Below, piece after piece: positions 57,814 through 64,000 of a stretch of 64,000 nt of DNA. A program made the translations under genes and the position numbers. Source of the DNA: an uncultured Verrucomicrobiae bacterium (GTDB lineage Bacteria; Verrucomicrobiota; Verrucomicrobiia; Limisphaerales; Palsa-1400). The stretch lies in the NCBI GenBank assembly GCA_963707025.1, contig CAVPOM010000018.1:544001-608000 (forward strand), read 5' to 3'. Each line of letters opens with the position of its first letter. Position 1 is the stretch's first letter. Below the pieces are notes generated by a model. It was not told the DNA's origin. It was given only the letters and a program-made list of their open reading frames with translations, and made no database searches.

Positions 57814-60412
57814 AGCCAGGAGTTGGCGGCGTGTCGTGCAGATGACGGCGCTGTGGCCGCTTTTTTGGCTGGCGGCCCAAGGCGCGGCGATCACCGGTTT
57901 TTCTCCCGCTTCCGGCCCGCCGGGAACGGTGGTGACGGTGAACGGCTCCGGATTATCGCACCCGGCCGGTTTTCTTTTCAACAGCGTCACCTACGCCGAT
58001 TTCGACCTCGTTTCGGACAGCCAGCTCCAAGTGGTCGTGCCCTTGGGCGCCACCACCGGGCCGCTCAGCGTGGTCGTGGGAGGCGTGGCCAGCGCCAGCA
58101 GCGGCACTTTCACGGTGGCTCCCTTCATCAGTTCCTTCAACCCGGCCAGCGGAGCGCACCCCACCGCGGTCACCCTCTTCGGCGGCAATTTCGTCACCGG
58201 CGCCACCACCGTGACCTTCACCGGGGCAAGCCCCGTCAACGGCACGGTCACCGCCCAGAACCAGGTCGTCGCCGTCGTGCCCACCAACGCCGCCGACGGC
58301 CCGATCACGGTGACGACCAGCGCCGGGGCGGCGGTGACGGCCGGTAATTTTTTGGTCAGCCTTTCTCCCACCATCACCGATTTTTCGCCCGCCTCCGGCA
58401 CCAACGGCACGACGGTGGTGATTGACGGCTCCAACTTCATCACCAATGGCACGACGGTGAAGTTCGGCAGTTATGCTTCCGGCAGCGTCGCGGTGGTGGC
58501 GTCCACCCAGCTTCAGGCGGTGGTGCCGACGGGCGCGACCAACGCCGCCATCACCGTTGCCACCACCAACGGGGCTTATGTGAGCAGCAACATTTTCATG
58601 ACCGGATTCACCTCCGGCATAACGGATTTTAATCCGACCTTCGGGGGATCGAACGCGAATGTAATTATTGACGGCTTTGGCTTCAGCACCGCGACCAGCC
58701 TGGTTTTCGCGGGCGTCACGCTCCTGCCCGGCTCCCATTACATCACTGCGGTTAACGACACCCAGATGCAAGTGGTGGTCCCCCCGGGCGCCAGCAACGG
58801 ACCCATCACGGTCGTTTCTTCCCGCGGCAGCTTCACCACCAGTTCCAATTTCCTGACCAGCCCCGGGCCGGTCATCACGGATTTCAATCCCGTGGCGGCC
58901 GGGCCCGGCGCGAACGTGACGCTGGACGGCTTCAATTTCGCGCCGGGGATGAGCGTGAAGTTCGGCGGCAAGAGCGCGGCCGGCTTCACCGTCACGCAAG
59001 TCAACCAACTCCAGGTCGCCGTCCCGGCCGGCGCCACCAACGCGCCCATCTCGGTTTCGCTCGGATTGGACAGCTTCACCACCAGCAGTAATTTTACCGT
59101 CACCGGAGCGGGTCCCATCATCACCGGATTTACTCCGGCGTGGGGAGCGCAGGGCATGACCGTGACCATCTCCGGCAGTTTTGCCAGCCTTGGCTCGCCG
59201 GGGGTGGAGTTCAACGGGACGGCCGCCAGCTACACCCCTCTGACCAGCTACGATCAGGTGCAGGCCGTCGTGCCCGCCGCGGCGACCTCCGGCCCGATCA
59301 GCCTCGCCAACAGCGGCGGCACGAACACCAGTTCGGCGCTGTTTTATCTTCAGCCCTGGATCACCAACTTCACCCCCGCCAGCGCCATCGCCACGGCCAC
59401 CGTCACCATCAACGGACGCAACCTGGCCAACGCCACTTCCTTGCTGGTCAACGGCGTGCCCTGGAGTTTCACCGGCACGGCCACGCAAATCGTGGCGGCC
59501 ATCCCGACCAACGCCAGCACCGGCGCGATGACGCTGGCCGCGCCCGGCGGCATTTATATTGACACCAATGTGTTCAAGGTGCTGCCCAAAATCAACAGCT
59601 TCAGCCCGCTGGTCGGCCCGACCAACTCCGTCGTCGTTATTTATGGCACGACCCTTCTCCATGTGACCAACGTCCAATTCAACGGCGTCAACGCGAGGCC
59701 GTCCTCGGCCAGCGCCAGTCAAGTGCAGGTGGTGGTGCCGTACAACGCCGTCTCCGGCCCGATCACCGTTTTCTCCGCCGATGGCAGTTCGGTCAGCGCC
59801 GCCTCTTTCGCCGTGACCCAGCCGAGCCTGGTCGTCCTCACCAAAACCGCCTCGTCCCAGCTCCTGGCGCCGGGCGCCAGCGTGACCTACACCCTGACGG
59901 TGACAAACCAGGGCCCGTCCATCGTCTCCGGCCTCATCATCACCGATCTCCTGCCCGCCTCGCTCAATTACCTTTCCGCCGGCAGCACGCTGGGGGCCTG
60001 CGCCTTCAGCAACGGCGTCCTCACCTGCAACGCCGGCATCCTGACCAACAACTTTGGACTGACCATCACCATCACGGGAAATTCCGCCGTCAGCGGAGAC
60101 CTGGTCAACACCGCCTCGCTCAATTTCATCGAAGGCAACCTGGACAATGAGGACAACTTCGCCTCCGCCGAAGTATTATATTTGACAGATCTGCAAAGGA
60201 CCTTGAGCCTACAGCGTCTGGCGGCGCCGCCGCGGGTGGTGCTCTCCTGGCCCAGTTCGGGCGTGTCCTTTCTGCTGGAGTACAGCACCAACCTGGCAAA
60301 CCCGGCCAACTGGCAAACCAACACTTCGGCCCAGACCGTCATCGGCGGCCAGGTTTATGTCACCAACAGCGCCGCCGGGCCTTCGACTTTCTTCCAGCTC
60401 AAAACGCACTGA
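57791..60412 (+). CDS. Secreted IPT/TIG-repeat protein with a DUF11 domain
   Basis: About eight IT.F.P..G..G..V...G..F repeats; TKTAS...VTYTLTVTNQGP DUF11. Confidence 0.88.
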   Translation: MLRLQRSEARSWRRVVQMTALWPLFWLAAQGAAITGFSPASGPPGTVVTVNGSGLSHPAGFLFNSVTYADFDLVSDSQLQVVVPLGATTGPLSVVVGGVASASSGTFTVAPFISSFNPASGAHPTAVTLFGGNFVTGATTVTFTGASPVNGTVTAQNQVVAVVPTNAADGPITVTTSAGAAVTAGNFLVSLSPTITDFSPASGTNGTTVVIDGSNFITNGTTVKFGSYASGSVAVVASTQLQAVVPTGATNAAITVATTNGAYVSSNIFMTGFTSGITDFNPTFGGSNANVIIDGFGFSTATSLVFAGVTLLPGSHYITAVNDTQMQVVVPPGASNGPITVVSSRGSFTTSSNFLTSPGPVITDFNPVAAGPGANVTLDGFNFAPGMSVKFGGKSAAGFTVTQVNQLQVAVPAGATNAPISVSLGLDSFTTSSNFTVTGAGPIITGFTPAWGAQGMTVTISGSFASLGSPGVEFNGTAASYTPLTSYDQVQAVVPAAATSGPISLANSGGTNTSSALFYLQPWITNFTPASAIATATVTINGRNLANATSLLVNGVPWSFTGTATQIVAAIPTNASTGAMTLAAPGGIYIDTNVFKVLPKINSFSPLVGPTNSVVVIYGTTLLHVTNVQFNGVNARPSSASASQVQVVVPYNAVSGPITVFSADGSSVSAASFAVTQPSLVVLTKTASSQLLAPGASVTYTLTVTNQGPSIVSGLIITDLLPASLNYLSAGSTLGACAFSNGVLTCNAGILTNNFGLTITITGNSAVSGDLVNTASLNFIEGNLDNEDNFASAEVLYLTDLQRTLSLQRLAAPPRVVLSWPSSGVSFLLEYSTNLANPANWQTNTSAQTVIGGQVYVTNSAAGPSTFFQLKTH

Positions 60413-60530
60413 GCCTCCCCGGCTCGCCGCCCGGAAATTCCAGGCGGGAATTGCCGGGATTCAATCCACCGGGGCGGTTTTCCTTGAGGAAAAACATTGC
60501 CCGCCGGCGGCTGCTTTCCTATGGTGGGGC

Positions 60531-61313
60531 GTGCCGGTGCATTTCACCATTTTGGGCAGCGGATCGGGCGGCAATAGCGCTTTCCTGGAAACGCCCGTCG
60601 CCCGCCTGCTGATTGACGCCGGTTTAAGCGGACGCCAAATCCGCCAGCGCCTCGGCACCATCGGTCGTTCGCCGGAAACCCTGCACGGCATTCTCATCAC
60701 CCACGAACATTCCGACCACATTGCCGGCCTGGCCGGCCTGGCCACCCGCCTGCAACTGCCCGTCTATTGCAACCGCCTGACCCGGGAAGCCATCGAAGCC
60801 CAGTTGCAAATCCAAATCAACGCCCGCATTTTCGAAACCGGCGCCTCCTTCGAAGTCGGCGATGTCACCGTGGACACCTTCTCCGTTCCGCATGACGCCA
60901 GTGATCCGGTCGGTTTTCTGCTGCACACGCCCTCCGGCAACATCGGCATTCTGACCGATCTGGGCCATGTCACCAAGCTGGTGGTCGAGCGGGTCCGCGC
61001 CGCCAATGTGCTCCTGCTCGAAACCAATCACGATGTCAAAATGTTGCAGGACGACCCGCGCCGCCCCTGGAGTTTGAAGCAACGCATCCTGAGCCGTCAT
61101 GGCCACCTCTCCAACGACGGCGCCGCCGACCTGGTGGAGCAAATCGTTTCCGCCGGCCTGGGCCGTCTTTACCTGGGCCATCTCAGCCGCGATTGCAACC
61201 GGCCCGAACTGGCCATTCGCGTCGTCCGTGAGCGCCTGCGCCAGATGGGCGTCACCCATGTCCAGGTCGAATCCACCTGCCAGGACACGCCCTCCCCCAC
61301 TTTTTTGTGGTAG
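60531..61313 (+). CDS. MBL-fold metallo-hydrolase (YycJ/WalJ-like)
   Basis: LGSGSGGN, THEHSDH, HDASDP, TDLG, GHLSN, HLSRDCN. Confidence 0.9.
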   Translation: MPVHFTILGSGSGGNSAFLETPVARLLIDAGLSGRQIRQRLGTIGRSPETLHGILITHEHSDHIAGLAGLATRLQLPVYCNRLTREAIEAQLQIQINARIFETGASFEVGDVTVDTFSVPHDASDPVGFLLHTPSGNIGILTDLGHVTKLVVERVRAANVLLLETNHDVKMLQDDPRRPWSLKQRILSRHGHLSNDGAADLVEQIVSAGLGRLYLGHLSRDCNRPELAIRVVRERLRQMGVTHVQVESTCQDTPSPTFLW

Positions 61314-61316
61314 AAC

Positions 61317-61776
61317 CTATCTCTTCCCCTCAATTTCCAGGAAGGCGGCGGTCATCGCCCGGATGCCGGTTTTGATGGATGGCTCCGGCAACGGGGCAAA
61401 CAAGCTGGAATGCAGCGAAGGCAGCGGCTGGCCCGTGCGCAAGGCTTCCATCTTGGACTCCACGCTGATCGTGCCCAGCCAGAACATGCAAGTCGGCACT
61501 TTTTCCGCCGTCCGGCCCAGTTGCCCGAAATCCTCCCCGCCCATCACCGGCTCTTTATGGAAAACATGCCCCTCTCCGAAGACCGACCGGAAAACGCCCG
61601 TCAACCGGCGCGTCAAAGCCGGATCGTTCACCATCACCGGGGTGGAATCATTTTCCAGGACATGGACGACCGGCAGGCGGTCTTCCGGCAGGCCCGCCGC
61701 AAGGGCCAGACCGCGGGTGATGCGCCGGATGGCGGCGATGGTTTGCAGCCGCACCTCGTCCGAGTAGGAACGAATA
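61317..61776 (-). pseudogene. C-terminal fragment of an M20 amidohydrolase
   Basis: IRSYSDEVR...NDP.L...MGGEDF...LPSLHSS; the N-terminal two thirds are absent because DUF58 ends about 55 bp upstream. Confidence 0.75.
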
Positions 61777-61831
61777 GAGTCAACAAGTATTTTAGTTTCA
61801 TGGGTTTTGGCAGGAGACGGCCTGGGCGCGC

Positions 61832-62764
61832 TCAACCCCACACCTCGGATTGGCGCAGTTGCTTCAAGAGCAGTTGCTCCAGCGGCGTGTCCGACAGGAC
61901 GCTGAAAAAATTGATGCCCCGGCCCTGGCAATACTCCCGCAGGCGCTGGCAAAAATTCCGCACCGTTTGCTGGTAGGCCTTGAGCCGGAATTTGCCAAAC
62001 GTCACCTCCTGCAATGCTCCCGTCTCGGAGTCCACCAGCCGCAAATCCCCGTAGGCCGGCGGCGCGAATTCCTCCGGCGCCAGTATCTGGATGGCGTTGA
62101 CCTGGAAGCCGCGCCCGATCAACGCGTTCAAACCCGCCTCGTAACCGGCCGGGTCCAGAAAATCGCTCAACAGCACCGCCAGCCCCGCCTGGCGCGCCTG
62201 GATGGCGCCGCGGCGCAACGCCTCGTTCAAATTGGCCGGCCCGCGCGCCGTCACCGTGGCAATATTCTTGAAAAACTCCAGGGCGGATTTGCGCCCGCGC
62301 ACCGCCCGCAACCCGCCCCGCGCCGCCTGCTCCGCGCTCCAGGCCGCCGCCTCCAGGCCCGGCGGTGGCGCGTCCAAATCAGGAAAGGCGCAGACCGAAA
62401 CCCGGTCAAACCCGCACAAGGCCACGTAGCCGACCGCCGCCGCGACCTGGCGCGCGAAATCAAATTTGGGCGGCGTGCCGAAGGTCATGGATTCGCTGGC
62501 ATCGAGAAAAATGCGCACGGGCAGCTCCCGTTCCTCCTCGTAAAGCTTGAGGAAAAGCTTGTCCAGCCGTCCGTAAAGATTCCAATCCAGATAGCGGAAG
62601 TCATCCCCGGCGACGTAGTTGCGATAATCGGCAAATTCGACCGACTGCCCGCGCGCCTTGCTCTGGCGCTCGCCCTTGGCCGAGCTTTTGGCGCGGCGGG
62701 CCGCCAGCAACTGGAACTGCTCCAGCCGGCGCAACAATTCGGGAGTCAGGAGCGCGGCGGCCAT
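61832..62764 (-). CDS. DUF58 domain protein (MoxR-associated)
   Basis: GQSVEFADYRNYVAGDDFRYLDWN, LDASESM, LSDF. Confidence 0.93.
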   Translation of the reverse strand: MAAALLTPELLRRLEQFQLLAARRAKSSAKGERQSKARGQSVEFADYRNYVAGDDFRYLDWNLYGRLDKLFLKLYEEERELPVRIFLDASESMTFGTPPKFDFARQVAAAVGYVALCGFDRVSVCAFPDLDAPPPGLEAAAWSAEQAARGGLRAVRGRKSALEFFKNIATVTARGPANLNEALRRGAIQARQAGLAVLLSDFLDPAGYEAGLNALIGRGFQVNAIQILAPEEFAPPAYGDLRLVDSETGALQEVTFGKFRLKAYQQTVRNFCQRLREYCQGRGINFFSVLSDTPLEQLLLKQLRQSEVWG

Positions 62765-62801
62765 GGTGGGCGTTCTTAAGGCAGATGGGCAGGAGTTTTC
62801 C

Positions 62802-63056
62802 CTAGGCGGCCTTCAAATCAGATGATGGCGCACAGTTGCCTTGCAGCGGACTCTGACGACGTTTTGATTTCAGGCCGATGGGCTGGGAACCCTTCACGTA
62901 CTGCTTGTTTAACTCGTGAAAACGCTTGATCTGCTTCTGGAATCTCTTCTCGTCCTTCTTCATAAAGGCAAAGAACCGGTCCAGGTCATGTCCGCAACGG
63001 GCGGAAATGTCGTGGCGGACGTCGCGGATTTCCTGGATGACAGGGTCGTTTTTCAT
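62802..63056 (-). CDS. Small hypothetical protein, probable partner of a PIN-domain protein
   Basis: MKNDPVIQEIRDVRHDISARCGHDLD; starts 1 bp after the PIN remnant; lower GC. Confidence 0.65.
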   Translation of the reverse strand: MKNDPVIQEIRDVRHDISARCGHDLDRFFAFMKKDEKRFQKQIKRFHELNKQYVKGSQPIGLKSKRRQSPLQGNCAPSSDLKAA

Positions 63057-63057
63057 T

Positions 63058-63195
63058 TTACTTTTCTGCTAATATTTCCAACGGCGTCACCAGCGCTGGA
63101 GTATGCAAATCCAGCCTGGCATTGATACGCTTAATATGGCTGGTTTTGTTGGCATTGGCAAGATGACGGCAATTCCATCTCTCTAATACAGTCAT
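63058..63195 (-). pseudogene. C-terminal remnant of a PIN-domain (VapC-like) protein
   Basis: WNCRHLANANK..HI.RIN..L.L..P.LVTPLE motif without the N-terminal DT(S/N) part. Confidence 0.7.
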
Positions 63196-63199
63196 TTCA

Positions 63200-64000
63200 T
63201 CACGCCGCGACGGCCGCCGCGTCCTTCGGCACGTCCTGTAGAATCTGCGCAATAATGTGGTCGGTCGTGATCCCCTCGGCCTCGGCCTCAAAATTCAAAA
63301 TCAACCGGTGCCGCAAGGCGGCGGGCGTGACCGCCTGGATGTCCTCGAAACTGACGTTGAAGCGCCCTTGGGCCAGCGCCCGCACCTTGGCGCCCAGCAT
63401 GAGCGTTTGCCCGCCGCGCGGACTGCTGCCAAAGCGCAAGTACTGGTTGCTGATCGGCGCCGCCGTCTCCGTCTTGGGATGGGTCGCCAAGACCAGCCGC
63501 ACCACGTAATCCTTGACATGCGAGGCCACCGGCACGCCGCGCACCAATTGCTGGAACTCGTTGATTTGCTCCTTGTTCATCACGCGCGCAATTCCCGGTT
63601 TCGCGCTCTCCGTCGTGCGCGTCAGCACCTCGGTCAGTTCCTCGCCGCTGGGATAGCCGACAATCAATTTGAAGAAAAACCGGTCCAATTGCGCTTCCGG
63701 CAGCGGATAAGTCCCCTCCTGGTCAATGGGATTTTGCGTGGCCATGACGAAAAACGGCTCGGCCAGCTTGCGGATTTCCCCGCCGGCCGTGACGCTTTTT
63801 TCCTGCATCGCCTCCAGCATGGCCGACTGCGTTTTGGGCGTGGCCCGGTTGATTTCGTCGGCCAGGACCAGATGGGCGAAAATAGGGCCGTGCTGGAACT
63901 GAAATTCGCGCCGTCCGCCGGGGGCTTCCATGACGATATTGGTGCCCAGAATGTCCGCCGGCATCAGATCGGGGGTGAACTGGATGCGATTGAAGCTCAT
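63200..64000 (-). CDS. MoxR family AAA+ ATPase (5' end outside the window)
   Basis: RIQFTPDLMPAD, LADEINRATPKTQSA, ATQNPI, LPEAQLDRF, SPRG. Confidence 0.96.
   Translation of the reverse strand: MSFNRIQFTPDLMPADILGTNIVMEAPGGRREFQFQHGPIFAHLVLADEINRATPKTQSAMLEAMQEKSVTAGGEIRKLAEPFFVMATQNPIDQEGTYPLPEAQLDRFFFKLIVGYPSGEELTEVLTRTTESAKPGIARVMNKEQINEFQQLVRGVPVASHVKDYVVRLVLATHPKTETAAPISNQYLRFGSSPRGGQTLMLGAKVRALAQGRFNVSFEDIQAVTPAALRHRLILNFEAEAEGITTDHIIAQILQDVPKDAAAVAA

Overview
High-GC bacterial chromosomal window. The gene content and the Thr/Asn-rich secreted proteins suggest Verrucomicrobiota subdivision 3 (Pedosphaerales/Limisphaerales-like); this is inference. Housekeeping blocks: an extended SUF Fe-S operon (sufB-sufC-sufD-sufU-sufT-sufS plus a CxxC/rhodanese fusion and an IscU-like gene), ruvB, SRP RNA-dnaX-ybaB-recR, tatD, ppk1 and moxR-DUF58. 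Also present: two ABC exporters, a beta-propeller histidine kinase/NarL pair, two rhomboids, a pilin next to a YfhO-like protein, and three large secreted proteins. Two near-identical IS3-family copies sit in inverted orientation 907 bp apart, each with its own 3-bp target duplication; one splits a PIN toxin gene and the other a hypothetical gene. Main observations: (1) three toxin-antitoxin-like modules all have a destroyed toxin and an intact partner gene; (2) a 63-bp GTAG-type REP palindrome sits in frame inside the YfhO-like gene; (3) intergenic 6-9-mer tandem repeats often occur as inverted pairs; (4) many genes look leaderless; (5) degenerate attC-like hairpins follow small genes; (6) a DUF2089 regulator is coupled to a duplicated-domain membrane protein. 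Single-base frameshifts in dnaX, sufB and four other genes are most likely long-read or assembly errors. No CRISPR array, tRNA or rRNA was recognised.
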